NCBI GenBank assembly: GCA_041640595.1
Contig: JBEPZY010000001.1
Coordinates: forward strand, 864,001 to 928,000
Source of the DNA: Gemmatales bacterium
GTDB taxonomy: Bacteria > Planctomycetota > Planctomycetia > Gemmatales > HRBIN36
DNA length: 64,000 bases
Reading direction: 5' to 3'
The notes below the pieces were generated by a model that did not search any database, had not been told where the DNA came from, and worked only from the letters and a program-made list of their open reading frames with translations. Positions 9,669-20,088 of this stretch are shown in pieces; positions within the stretch are counted from its first letter, which is position 1, and each line of letters begins with the position of its first letter. The position numbers and the translations under genes were made by a program.

Positions 9669-11042
9669 CTAGAGCGTTTTCAGGTACTCGATAATGGCAA
9701 AGCGCTCGGCATCGGTCAGCTGGTCGCCGTAAGTGTGCCCGGTGTTGCTGCGACCGGGCTGGGACGTGTCGTAAACTTTGCGGCGTTCCAGAGCAGGAAC
9801 TTCAGGCCCAGGTGCACGGTCCAGCTCACGAAATTTCCAGCCCAATCGAACCGGATCGTAATCCTCGACATTCGTGCGAAAACTGCGTGTGAAGATTTTT
9901 GGCCGGGCCTTGCTGTTCAAAACGTGGTACACTGTTGGCACCGAACCATTGTGAAAATACGGCGCAGTGGCCCAGACACCATCCAGAGGCGGAGCCTGGT
10001 ATCCAATCTCGTCGCGGAGAATCATGGGTTGACCCGATGCGTCGCGCTCCCGGCCAAACCAGCTACGAACGTAGTGGCGTTTGGCGGCGTCGGGGATGCC
10101 TTTTGCACGCAAGGGATCCGTGCCGATTTCCTCTAAAGGAATCACCCGGTTTGGGTACACGCCTCGCGGCCCATAAGTTCCGTGACAGCGTGCGCAGTGC
10201 TTCTCGAAAAGGGCTTGCCCCTTGGCTGCCAACGCACGATCAATCTCAAAAGGATACCTGGGTGGCTCCAGGCTGAGGATAAAGGCCTGAATATCCGCGA
10301 AGGTGCTTTCGAGTGATTGGATATATTCCGGCCCGTTGAGTGGGTTGAGTACGAACTGCATCAAAGACCGGACGGAGCGCGCGTCGGTGCTGCCGGTGTG
10401 GTACATGGTTTTCTTCTTTTTCAGCAGCCACCAGGCAGGCGCATCTTCGCACATGCTCGGCGTGATGGGAAAATCCTGAGGCGGGACAATCCGCAATTCC
10501 TCATCGCGGAAACGGAGCAGATACACGGCCATGCTGGCTCCTTCTGTAGTGCCACGCACCTGCGTAAACGGAAAGGGTACGATACGCCGAATTCCCTCGG
10601 CCGCGAAGAGTTCCTCGTAAAGGGCCTGCATGTCCAGCGAAGCATTCCCCAGGCCGATGATGCTTTGCCCGAACAGCGAACTGGCATGACACAGCAAACA
10701 ATCGTTGGTAATCCCACGCCCCAGTAACCCGCGAGTGTAGCGCAAGCCCATGGGCAAGCCATCGTTCGGATAAGGAGCGGGATGCAGACCGTATCGTTCG
10801 CGGAACAGCGCCTCGAAATTGGCTGGTTTTTCTTTCAGACCCCAGATTTTCCACACGTTTTGGTAAGCCTGCTCGGACCAGGCAACCGGCAAATAAGCTC
10901 GCTCCAGTAGCGCTGCTCGGCCACGCTGGGGATCACCTCGTCGTTCGTCGCCAGCCAAGACGCTGGCTTCATAAACCAGCCCCCCCGCTACACACACAGC
11001 AGCATTTACGGCAATTATCCATCGTTTACCGACCATCTCCAT
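9669..11042 (-). CDS. Exported di-heme c-type cytochrome, RoxA/MauG-like
   Basis: Two CxxCH motifs (CLLCH, CARCH), [21 protein letters not shown]-terminal N.GH...IIEYLKTL, N-terminal hydrophobic leader. Confidence 0.85.
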   Translation of the reverse strand: MEMVGKRWIIAVNAAVCVAGGLVYEASVLAGDERRGDPQRGRAALLERAYLPVAWSEQAYQNVWKIWGLKEKPANFEALFRERYGLHPAPYPNDGLPMGLRYTRGLLGRGITNDCLLCHASSLFGQSIIGLGNASLDMQALYEELFAAEGIRRIVPFPFTQVRGTTEGASMAVYLLRFRDEELRIVPPQDFPITPSMCEDAPAWWLLKKKKTMYHTGSTDARSVRSLMQFVLNPLNGPEYIQSLESTFADIQAFILSLEPPRYPFEIDRALAAKGQALFEKHCARCHGTYGPRGVYPNRVIPLEEIGTDPLRAKGIPDAAKRHYVRSWFGRERDASGQPMILRDEIGYQAPPLDGVWATAPYFHNGSVPTVYHVLNSKARPKIFTRSFRTNVEDYDPVRLGWKFRELDRAPGPEVPALERRKVYDTSQPGRSNTGHTYGDQLTDAERFAIIEYLKTL

Positions 11043-11201
11043 CGCTGCTTACCCTCTGCCATTGCCCAGAACCGGACTCGTTGCCCACAGCAGTCGTTTA
11101 TTTTACCGACTGCCAGGTACGGGGCGATTCTATGTGCAAATTCGCGGCAGGTTGCAATAATAATCAAAATGACTCAGGAACCGGAAAAGTGCGGTTGCTC
11201 C

Positions 11202-12758
11202 ATGCATGCTCCCGACCTGGCCACTTTCAGTGAACTGGCGCGGCAGTACACGCTGGTACCGGTGTATCGCCAGCTTCTGGGTGATACTCTCACGCCAGTT
11301 ACGGCATTCCAACGGCTTGGAAAAAGCGCCTGGTCGTTCCTGTTTGAAAGCGTAGTGGGTGGCGAGCGCGTGGGGAGGTACAGTTTTGTTGGCGGTGAAC
11401 CATTCCTGCATTTTCAAGCCTGGGACCGCCGCGTTCGCATCGAAACAGCGGGCACCGTCTGCGAACAAGAGCATCCCGACCCCCTGCGTTTGCTGGAAGA
11501 ATACGTACACCGCTACCGGGCACCGCACCTGCCTGGATTGCCCCGCTTCTGTGGCGGTGCGGTAGGATATGCGGCCTACGATGCGGTGCGTTATACGGAA
11601 CGTCTGCCCCATCCGCCTGCTGACGATCGCGGTCTGCCGGATCTTTGCTTCGCCTTCTACGACCGCATGGTCATCTTCGACCACATTAACAAAACCCTGG
11701 CCGTGGTGGCATTAGCTCATGTGGACCGCCAGCGACTCCAGGAGTGTTACCGTGACGCCTGCCGGCGAGTGGACGAATTAGTGGAGCAACTGCGCAGGCG
11801 CACCGAGGAGCCACCCCTGGCAGACATTCAGCTGAACGACGTTGCACACGCAGGTGTCGCGGTGGGGGCGAACCTTACGCCGCTGGCAATCCTGGAAAAA
11901 TCGGGGCGGCGTATCGAGTCCAATTTCACACGCGACCAATTCTGCGCTGCCGTTCGTCGCTGCCAGGAGTACATCCGTGCCGGCGATGTGTTTCAGGTGG
12001 TGATCAGCCAACGCTTGCAAACTCAGACGCAGGCAGATCCATTCGACCTGTATCGCATCCTGCGGGTGGTCAACCCCAGTCCGTTTATGTTCTATCTGCG
12101 ATGCGGTGAACTGACGCTCGTAGGAAGCAGCCCCGAGATCATGGTGCGCGTGGAGGGGGACAAAATTACCATTCGCCCCCTGGCTGGTACACGCCGACGT
12201 GGTCGCACGGAAGAAGAGGATAAACGCCTGGCCGAAGAATTACTCGCCGATCCCAAAGAGCGAGCTGAGCACATCATGCTCGTGGATTTGGGCCGCAACG
12301 ATGTGGGACGCGTAGCCATTCCCGGCACGGTGGAATTGAGTGACTTGATGGTGGTAGAGCGTTACAGCCATGTGATGCATATCACCTCGAACGTGAGCGG
12401 GCGATTGCAGCCGGGCAAAACTGCCTTCGATGCGTTGCGAGCGTGCTTGCCTGCCGGAACGGTCAGCGGTGCCCCGAAAGTGCGTGCGATGGAGATCATT
12501 GACGAACTCGAGCCGCATCGTCGCGGACCCTACGCCGGAGCAGTCGGTTACATAGATTTCAGCGGTAATATGGACACGTGCATTGCCCTGCGCACCATGG
12601 TCATCCTCGGTCAAACCGTATATATCCAGGCTGGGGCTGGCATTGTGTATGACAGCGTCCCCGAGCGTGAGTATGAGGAGACACTCAATAAGGCTCTGGC
12701 ATTGCTCCGCACCATTGAGCTGGCTGAGCGGCAGTTGTCGCGGCAGCAAGTGAGGTAG
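11202..12758 (+). CDS. trpE: Anthranilate synthase component I
   Basis: [61 protein letters not shown]. Start could be 11169. Confidence 0.95.
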   Translation: MHAPDLATFSELARQYTLVPVYRQLLGDTLTPVTAFQRLGKSAWSFLFESVVGGERVGRYSFVGGEPFLHFQAWDRRVRIETAGTVCEQEHPDPLRLLEEYVHRYRAPHLPGLPRFCGGAVGYAAYDAVRYTERLPHPPADDRGLPDLCFAFYDRMVIFDHINKTLAVVALAHVDRQRLQECYRDACRRVDELVEQLRRRTEEPPLADIQLNDVAHAGVAVGANLTPLAILEKSGRRIESNFTRDQFCAAVRRCQEYIRAGDVFQVVISQRLQTQTQADPFDLYRILRVVNPSPFMFYLRCGELTLVGSSPEIMVRVEGDKITIRPLAGTRRRGRTEEEDKRLAEELLADPKERAEHIMLVDLGRNDVGRVAIPGTVELSDLMVVERYSHVMHITSNVSGRLQPGKTAFDALRACLPAGTVSGAPKVRAMEIIDELEPHRRGPYAGAVGYIDFSGNMDTCIALRTMVILGQTVYIQAGAGIVYDSVPEREYEETLNKALALLRTIELAERQLSRQQVR

Positions 12759-12763
12759 CCTTT

Positions 12764-14188
12764 ATGCAGTCGGGCACAGTTTGGTGGTGGTCGGGGCTGG
12801 TGTGTACGCTGCTGGTGCGCCTCGCGTGGCTGGCAACGTTACAAATACCGCAACCTCTGGACAAGCTCGGCCATTCTCTGTTCCACCAGACTCTATCCGC
12901 TTCCGCTGATGGCCAGCCAACCACTGACGAAACCCTGCCAACCAATAGTGCCCCAGGCGAACAGCAGCTAGCCTCACTGCCGTTGGGGAGCCGCTATGTG
13001 ATTTATCCGGTGGTGCGGAACATTTGTGCCAGCGGCAAGGAACTGGGAGTGCCGTGGTACTGGGTGCTGGGCGGACTCCAGGCGTTATTCCAAAGCGCTG
13101 CGATCGGGGGATTGGCCGTGGTAACCTGGCGAGTTTTTGGCAATCGGCTTCTCGTCACGCTGACGGTGCTGGTCGCGGCCATGTATCCGCCTGGTTTATT
13201 GCATCTGGTTTCGCTGAGCGACCTGCCGCTGACGAGCTGCCTGGTAACCAACTGGCTGGCCCTGACGCTGATCAGTGCTGCAACAGGCGGGGTGTTGGCC
13301 TCTGCACTGGTCGGACTCCTTGGAGGGTGCCTGATGGTCATGCGGCCGGGTTGGGGTCTAGCGGTCGTGCTGGTTACTGTTTGGCACCTGTGGCAGCTGC
13401 GACGAGTCCGGTACGGCTGGCTGGCCAGTCTGGTGGTCGTACTTGCGCTGGCCAATGTTTGCGGCACGTGGTTTGTCCGGCACTGGCTGCAAACCGGCGA
13501 ACCAGTCCCGTTCGCTACCGGCCTCTGGCAATCCGTCGCCGATGGCTTTCCGCACAACCTGAGAAGCAGCGAGGACAAAACAGTCCAGGACTGGCGTGAA
13601 CTGGCGCACCGGACGCTACGCATCTGGCGACAGCATCCCCGTTCGTGGCTGCAATACCGGCTCATGGTGTGGGGCGCTGTTCTGGTCGGAGAGCCTGCCT
13701 ACGATTTTGGCTGGCCAGCCACAGGGTCTTCCGCGGTTGCTCCCGACCCTCGCCTTGTTCAAAGCAGTGAGCAAACGCCCGAACTGTTCCCGCACCGAAT
13801 ACCGACGCCCCGCCCGTCCGAGGTGCCGATTAGCGAAATCCCGATCCCAGCGTGGATACGACCGGCTTTCGTGAGCGGTCTATTGCCCGCCACGCGCTGG
13901 CTGTTCTGGCTGGGCGTCCTTTTGGGGTGGCGGTGGTCCTTTGCACATCCCGAGAGACAGTGGCCGCTGAGTGCCATTCTGGGCTCGGTGTTGCTTGTTT
14001 ATGGCCTTGGCCCGTTTGCATCGCTTCACTGGGGCCTGGCTGCGGTCGAACCGATATTGCTGCTCTACGCTCTCGTCGCATTCACCGCTTTCATTCCAGG
14101 GGCCTGGCCCAAGACCGTTGCCAGCAGTTCGTCCGACATGGATAACGGTGATGAATCGCCGACAGGCTCGCCCGCAGAGCAAAGTTAG
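12764..14188 (+). CDS. Polytopic membrane protein, possibly GT-C (ArnT/PMT-like) fold
   Basis: About 10 hydrophobic segments; starts 5 nt after the trpE stop. The family call is weak. Confidence 0.55.
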   Translation: MQSGTVWWWSGLVCTLLVRLAWLATLQIPQPLDKLGHSLFHQTLSASADGQPTTDETLPTNSAPGEQQLASLPLGSRYVIYPVVRNICASGKELGVPWYWVLGGLQALFQSAAIGGLAVVTWRVFGNRLLVTLTVLVAAMYPPGLLHLVSLSDLPLTSCLVTNWLALTLISAATGGVLASALVGLLGGCLMVMRPGWGLAVVLVTVWHLWQLRRVRYGWLASLVVVLALANVCGTWFVRHWLQTGEPVPFATGLWQSVADGFPHNLRSSEDKTVQDWRELAHRTLRIWRQHPRSWLQYRLMVWGAVLVGEPAYDFGWPATGSSAVAPDPRLVQSSEQTPELFPHRIPTPRPSEVPISEIPIPAWIRPAFVSGLLPATRWLFWLGVLLGWRWSFAHPERQWPLSAILGSVLLVYGLGPFASLHWGLAAVEPILLLYALVAFTAFIPGAWPKTVASSSSDMDNGDESPTGSPAEQS

Positions 14189-14350
14189 CGTGGTCGCACT
14201 GTTCAAAAATCGATACACGATAACGGGTGGCTACCGTTGCGTAAATCGCGGAAAGCCTCACGCCTACGGGCTCAACCATTTCCATGTTTGTGCAAAAACC
14301 AACGGCATTCACGAGCACACGCCCAATTCCTTGCGAGACTACCGAAACGC

Positions 14351-15256
14351 TCAGGGTTCCTGGCCGGGCATTACGAAGTAGAAGTCGCTGTCACCATCAC
14401 TGAGTCGGCGTAGCTGCATGGTACGAAGAATTTTTGCCATCTCCCGCACGTAGTATGCCTGTACGGCCCGTTGTGGATCGCTGGATTCGGCCAGGCTAAG
14501 CCACAACGCACGGTGTCGGTAAGCCTGTGAGCGTGCCTGGGCAATCTTCTCCCGCTGCTGATTCTGAGCCTGAGTGATGACCAGATTGGCCTCCTGCAAG
14601 GCCCGCGAACGAGCTAACTCCGCTTCCATGTGAGTCGTTTCCTGCAACCGTGCCGCCTGCGACATCGCTACTGTCGTGGCCTGGAAATCCTCAGCGACTT
14701 CTTCCGGTGGTTGTGGCGTGGCCAGCGTTACTGCCTCGATCACCACGCCCAGGCGATAGGATTTTAGATACTGCGAAACGCGCTGATGAATTTCCGGTTC
14801 CAGATGGCGGGCACGGTTAAGCAGAATTTCCTGGATCGGTTGCCGGGCAAACACATGGGCAAGTGCTGCTTCTCCGGCCCGGCTAATCAGAGGCACCAGG
14901 CGATCCTGATGCAACACATAATCGGGAACACGGTCCGGGTCGGGGCGGAAGAATATCGTAGCCTGGACGTTAACCAGATTATCGTCTCCGGTAAGTAACT
15001 GGCCGGGTGGAGCCACTTCCAGCACACGCTCCTCTCCAGCTTCAAAGCCGACACGGATTTGCTGTTGTTGCAGCGGTACGAAAGTAACCCGATCGAATCC
15101 CCAGGGTAAACCAAAATGCAAGCCGGGGCCGCAAACCCGGTACACTTTCCCGAACCGCTGAACCAGCGCCAGCTCGCCAGCGTTCACCTGGAAAATTCCC
15201 GTGGCCAGATACGCTAGCCCTGCCAGTGTTATGCATCCCAGTGCCAGACGCTGCAT
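14351..15256 (-). CDS. HflK-like SPFH (band 7) protein
   Basis: N-terminal TM, VQRFG...GPGLHFGLPW, LLTGDDNLV, PPEEV..DF, then a coiled-coil. Confidence 0.85.
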   Translation of the reverse strand: MQRLALGCITLAGLAYLATGIFQVNAGELALVQRFGKVYRVCGPGLHFGLPWGFDRVTFVPLQQQQIRVGFEAGEERVLEVAPPGQLLTGDDNLVNVQATIFFRPDPDRVPDYVLHQDRLVPLISRAGEAALAHVFARQPIQEILLNRARHLEPEIHQRVSQYLKSYRLGVVIEAVTLATPQPPEEVAEDFQATTVAMSQAARLQETTHMEAELARSRALQEANLVITQAQNQQREKIAQARSQAYRHRALWLSLAESSDPQRAVQAYYVREMAKILRTMQLRRLSDGDSDFYFVMPGQEP

Positions 15257-15335
15257 GTTTCCCAGCTCCTTGTTGCCAAGGCGTTTTTATTGCTCGCCAG
15301 TTGCGGTTGAGCAGTAGCCCGCTGTGCCATTGTGG

Positions 15336-16445
15336 CTAGCGATTTGGGCTGCTGTTGTTCGGCTTGACCACCGACCGGTGTTCTTTATCGCTGGCCAGGT
15401 TCGGCAAGTCACGTAGCCACTTCAACAACGGGTGATCCAGCGACAGAATCATCTGCGTGCGACCATCGCCGAGCCATTCGCGGTAAAAGTCGAGGTACAG
15501 GAGCAACTCGTAGGCTAGCGGTGCTTCACGATAAACAGCGTTGAGAATACGGTTGGCTTCGCTCTGGGCCTCGCTTTCCAGAGCGCGCTTCCGGGTCTCG
15601 GCCTCGGTGCGAATCTTGCTGACCTCCTTGAGACTGGCGGCGCGAATTTCCTGAGCCTTTTCCTCACCCTGATTGCGAAAGCGCTGAGCCAGGCGTCGCT
15701 GCTGTTCGGCAATCTGCTCAAAAATCTGCTTCCGCACTTGCACCGGGTGATTGAAACGCCGTAGCTGCGCGTCCACGATTTCGATCCCATGCTGCAATGC
15801 CCGTTGCCTCAGGCTAAGCTTTTCCGGATCACCCGGCTCGCGTTCGTAAGGCCTGTCGAGCAAGTTACGCAGCATTTCTGCGACGGTACGCTGACGGGGG
15901 TCGGTGTTGACAAGGTCGCTATAGCTCAATTCGGCCATTTCCACCTTAAGCCGGCTGATTAGCTGATTGCGAAGCCAGGCCTGGGCCCGGTCGAGTGTTC
16001 CGAAACTGCGGAGAAATGCGTTGACGGGATCGCGCCGGTAACTTTCCACGGCATCGGTATCCCGCGAGGCGATTCGCCATACCAGGTACACATCGAAGGT
16101 CAGCCGTAACGGCGTTTCCCGCTGGACCTCGGGAACACGGTCATCAGCCGAGACGAACTGTGTATCACCGGGGCTGGACATGCCGGTGTGGCCACCGGTA
16201 CGAATGAGCAATTCTTGCGTGGGAATATCGAGCACCTGAATGCGGCGATCCATGCGCAGGATGCTCTCAATCGGCCAGGGCCATTTCCAGTGCAGTCCGG
16301 CTTCTACCTCGCCGTCGAACGTCGCGCGGTGCTCGCCGAAGCGGGTAACATACACCACCTCTCCCAGGTCCACAAAAATAATCGCACTGTAAACACACCA
16401 GGCAGCCACGCCCAGAATGAGCAATCCCCACAAGAAGCGACGCAT
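15336..16445 (-). CDS. HflC-like SPFH (band 7) protein
   Basis: N-terminal TM, VTRFG...AGLHWKWPWPI, D.Y.VWRI, GIEIVD..LRRFN.P, R.QGEE.A..IRA; AGGAG RBS before ATG 16445. Confidence 0.85.
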   Translation of the reverse strand: MRRFLWGLLILGVAAWCVYSAIIFVDLGEVVYVTRFGEHRATFDGEVEAGLHWKWPWPIESILRMDRRIQVLDIPTQELLIRTGGHTGMSSPGDTQFVSADDRVPEVQRETPLRLTFDVYLVWRIASRDTDAVESYRRDPVNAFLRSFGTLDRAQAWLRNQLISRLKVEMAELSYSDLVNTDPRQRTVAEMLRNLLDRPYEREPGDPEKLSLRQRALQHGIEIVDAQLRRFNHPVQVRKQIFEQIAEQQRRLAQRFRNQGEEKAQEIRAASLKEVSKIRTEAETRKRALESEAQSEANRILNAVYREAPLAYELLLYLDFYREWLGDGRTQMILSLDHPLLKWLRDLPNLASDKEHRSVVKPNNSSPNR

Positions 16446-16589
16446 CGCTAGCACTCCTGGCTAATCGGACAAATAGTTGTCAGATTCGAGCCGAGGCACG
16501 ATTGTCCCGTGCCTTTATCACTCCGCCTCGCAGCGACAGCGAAGAAAAATGTTCCGCCGACGGAAAACGAGGCGGTTGCATTCGTGGCA

Positions 16590-19500
16590 TCATTTTTCCT
16601 CTTGAATAGGCCGACGCGGTGGGAAAGTTTCGCCCGGCACGACAATGCGTGGCCGAAAAGCATCTGGCAACACATGCAGACGTCCCTTGAGTTGCGGATC
16701 ACGAATCAGGCGCGGTTTGCCAGCCAGTGCCTGACCCACCAGTTCGAGTGTCCACCGCAGCCGCGTCAAGGCCCAATCAGTCTCAGCGTGATTGTGATTA
16801 TGGTTGCTGGCCCAATGGAGATTGACAGCCAAATTGAGTGGCTGCGTGCCATCTGCAACAGGCCAGGTCGGCCAATTCAATTGATGCACGCTGGGCCGAC
16901 GTAGCGAATTCTCCAGCTCCCGAATGGCCTGAGCTTCAGCTCTGGCACGAGCAACGGTCTGGAAATGATCGGCTTCCGCCTGGGCTACGATTTTGCTCGC
17001 CTCCACCCGGGCCGAAGAAATGGCTGCTGCCGCTTCGCGGTTGGCCTCGATGATGCGGCGGTTGCGTTCCAACAGTGCCCGCGTGACGTCGTAATAGGCA
17101 TCCACAATTTCCGGCGGCGGATGCAAATCCTGCACCGCCACGGTTTCCAGCGTTATCCCCAGCTGCAGGTGGCTGATACGGGAATGCAATCGCTGGAATG
17201 CTTCCTGCTGCAACTTTTCCCGTGCGGTCAACAACAGGCTCAGAAAATCGCTACCAGCCACCACTTCTCGCAAGGCAGTCTCGGCCTCGGCACGGAGCAC
17301 GGCTTCCGGGTCTGCCACCGCGAAATAATACTGGTGCGGCTCGGATATGCGATACTGAACCACGGCCTGAAGCTCGACCAGAACGCGATCCCCCGTGATC
17401 ATCAACCCTTCTTCCCGATCGGAACCCGGACCATCTCCGTGCGGACTGCTCCAGGTCATTGGCGCTGTGCCGCCTATGGCCATGCGCATGCCTATCGGGA
17501 CAATGCGGACACGCTGAGGCTGCACGCGCAAAATTCGTTCCCATGGCCAGGGCCAGCGTAGATGCAGGCCCGGTGATAAAGGCGTTTCCAACACCCGACC
17601 GCAGCGGTTGACCAGGCCAATTTCATCCGGGCCGATCACCACTAGGCACGTGCTCCAGTAAAGTACCACCAAAGCTATCAGGCCGGAGATAGCCAGAGCG
17701 CGGCGGTGATGCTCCGCCCAATGCATGGCTTCGTGCCAGCTGAGTCGTTCCAGCCAGCGATCCATCGCCTGAGAAGTTTCCCGCAGCCATTGCCACCATC
17801 GCCAGTGTTGGACTCGTTCAAACCACAACAGCCGCATGGCGTTGAGCAATACCGCAACCGAGCCAATCTGGTGATAAATAGCAGCCCAGAGAGGCGCTCG
17901 ATGCCGGGCCGTCTCTGACCAGGCTGGCATGAGCCACGCGGTCAGGACAATCCCTACAGCGTTTACTCCAAACGCAAACCACAGGATGTTCTGCCGGATG
18001 ATCCGCTCCGTCTGTCGGGCCAGGCGGACCAGCAAGGGCAGAGGCTTGAGCGGATCGCCCATCAGCACAATATCGCCCACTTCCGCGGCAACGTCGGAAC
18101 CAATGCTCCCCAGCGCGATTCCAACGTCGGCACGAGCCAGTGCTGGTGCATCGTTGATCCCGTCACCGACCATGGCGACACGCCAGCCGCGCTGTCTCCA
18201 GCTATCGAGCCATTCGGCTTTCTGGGCCGGTAACAGCTCTGCCACCACTTCCGTGATACCAACCTGCTCAGCCACTCGCACGGCGGCTGCTTGCCTGTCA
18301 CCTGTGAGCAAGGCGATCGGCTCCAGCCCAAGCTCTCGCAATTGCCGGACTACCACCGGAGCTTCGGCACGTATCACGTCGCTGGCTCCCAGCACACCAA
18401 CCACGCGCCCATCCACCGCACAGACCAGAACTGTCCCACCTTCCTGGTCGAGAACCGCAATAGCTTGTTCGACTTCCGGCCCGAACGAAATCCCCTGGGC
18501 AAGCAGAAAACGCTGATTTCCGACGAGCACGACCCTGCCCGCAATGCGAGCGCTGACACCGGCTCCCGGATGAGCCTGGAAGTCTTCGACCGATGGTAAT
18601 TCCAGTTGCCGCTGACGAGCTGCCGCCACTATCGCCTGGGCAAGCGGATGCTCGCTACGCTGTTCCGCGGCAGCTGCCCATAAAAGCACGTCGTCGGCGC
18701 TCATGTCGGCAACCAGTGGAATAACTCGCTGCAATTGCAGACGCCCCTGCGTCAACGTGCCGGTCTTGTCAAAAGCAATCGCCTGCACCTGAGCCAGGCG
18801 TTCCAGGGCCGCCCCACCTTTGACCAGAACACCAGTTCCGGCCAGGCGACCCAGGGCCGCGATGATCGCCGCTGGTGTTGCCAGAATCAACGCGCATGGA
18901 CAAGCGACTACCAGCACCGAAAGCGCTGGATACACCGCTTCGTATGCTCCTACGCGACCTCCGCCGTACCACCACCAGCCTGCCAGAAACGTAAGCAGCG
19001 ACAGCGTCAGAACCACGGGGAGAAAATAGCGAGCCAGTCGGTCTGCCGTGCGTTCCAGCGGTGCTTTTTCCCGCAGCGCCTGGGCAGTCAGTTCCAGCAC
19101 CCGCGCCAGTACGGTATGTTCCGCCGCACGACGCACCTCGACTACCAGGGCGCCATGTTGATTCAGAGTGCCGGCGAAGACCTCGTCCCCCGGCCCTTTA
19201 TCCACGGGAACGCTCTCGCCCGTAAGCGTGCTTTGATCCACCGCCGAGCGACCTTCGACGACGATGCCGTCCACGGGGACACGTTTGCCTGGCCGTACCA
19301 GCACCCGCTCGCCTACCCGCACATCTTCGACCCGCACACGTTCTTCCCGGCCATCCCGCAACACCAGGCACATGGTGGGACAAATTTCAGCTAACCGTTG
19401 CAGGGCGTATTGCGTTCGCTGGAACGTGATAGCCTCCAGGCATTCGCCCACCAGTCCGATGAACACCACTTCTGCCGCAACCAGAGGTTGATTAATCAGA

Positions 19501-19829
19501 ATTGCCGCTACTACCGCCAAAGCCAGAGCCAGATCAGCACCGAACCGCCCCGCCATTAAACTTTCCAACGCACTGTAAAGAATTCTTGCCCCACCGAAAA
19601 CGGCTGCCACCAGTGCCCAATCGAAATGGCGACCGAGGATGGTTAAGCCGCTCGGCAAGCGTGGTAACGCAATATTCCACCAGCTGCTCAACCATCCAGC
19701 CAATTCCGGCCAGATCGCCAGCGCTAATAGCGCCCCAATCAGCGCCGTGAACAGGTAGAGTCCGGCGTGGCTTTCACGCCGAAACATGCTGTCCAGGTAG
19801 GAAATCTCCCGGTGCATCGCTGCGGTCAC
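16590..19829 (-). CDS. P1B-type (heavy-metal) P-type ATPase fused to a C-terminal HflK-like SPFH domain
   Basis: TGES, CPC, DKTGT, SEHP, TGD and GDGINDAP motifs, followed by an extra TM, PGLHLRWPWPW, MITGD..LV, QDLHPPPEIVDAY and a coiled-coil; one 1079-aa frame. Confidence 0.92.
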   Translation of the reverse strand: MTAAMHREISYLDSMFRRESHAGLYLFTALIGALLALAIWPELAGWLSSWWNIALPRLPSGLTILGRHFDWALVAAVFGGARILYSALESLMAGRFGADLALALAVVAAILINQPLVAAEVVFIGLVGECLEAITFQRTQYALQRLAEICPTMCLVLRDGREERVRVEDVRVGERVLVRPGKRVPVDGIVVEGRSAVDQSTLTGESVPVDKGPGDEVFAGTLNQHGALVVEVRRAAEHTVLARVLELTAQALREKAPLERTADRLARYFLPVVLTLSLLTFLAGWWWYGGGRVGAYEAVYPALSVLVVACPCALILATPAAIIAALGRLAGTGVLVKGGAALERLAQVQAIAFDKTGTLTQGRLQLQRVIPLVADMSADDVLLWAAAAEQRSEHPLAQAIVAAARQRQLELPSVEDFQAHPGAGVSARIAGRVVLVGNQRFLLAQGISFGPEVEQAIAVLDQEGGTVLVCAVDGRVVGVLGASDVIRAEAPVVVRQLRELGLEPIALLTGDRQAAAVRVAEQVGITEVVAELLPAQKAEWLDSWRQRGWRVAMVGDGINDAPALARADVGIALGSIGSDVAAEVGDIVLMGDPLKPLPLLVRLARQTERIIRQNILWFAFGVNAVGIVLTAWLMPAWSETARHRAPLWAAIYHQIGSVAVLLNAMRLLWFERVQHWRWWQWLRETSQAMDRWLERLSWHEAMHWAEHHRRALAISGLIALVVLYWSTCLVVIGPDEIGLVNRCGRVLETPLSPGLHLRWPWPWERILRVQPQRVRIVPIGMRMAIGGTAPMTWSSPHGDGPGSDREEGLMITGDRVLVELQAVVQYRISEPHQYYFAVADPEAVLRAEAETALREVVAGSDFLSLLLTAREKLQQEAFQRLHSRISHLQLGITLETVAVQDLHPPPEIVDAYYDVTRALLERNRRIIEANREAAAAISSARVEASKIVAQAEADHFQTVARARAEAQAIRELENSLRRPSVHQLNWPTWPVADGTQPLNLAVNLHWASNHNHNHAETDWALTRLRWTLELVGQALAGKPRLIRDPQLKGRLHVLPDAFRPRIVVPGETFPPRRPIQEEK

Positions 19830-20088
19830 CTCCTCCAGTGATATTTCATTTTAGTTTGACCATTCTTTGTTTGCCGCTCCGGCAGCCCGGAATACATGTG
19901 CAAAGCGGCCAACCCTGGCGGTTTATCCCCGCCCCACGATCGATCCTGGTGTTGTCCTTACGAGAAACCGCGCCACATAGGGGTACTGAGGAAAACTTTT
20001 TTGGCTGGCGTTCGTCTTACCAATGGGTCAAGCAGAATATCCACGGCGAGGTGGATTCGAAGCCTTTTCAACAAAGGGAGGTACACAC

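Noticed and set aside
9571..9672. Readthrough of the GH2-like gene's TGA, as in the UxxC gene
   Set aside because: Only about 32 codons follow before a TAG, with no Cys motif or GH2-like sequence, and the frame runs into the convergent cytochrome gene.
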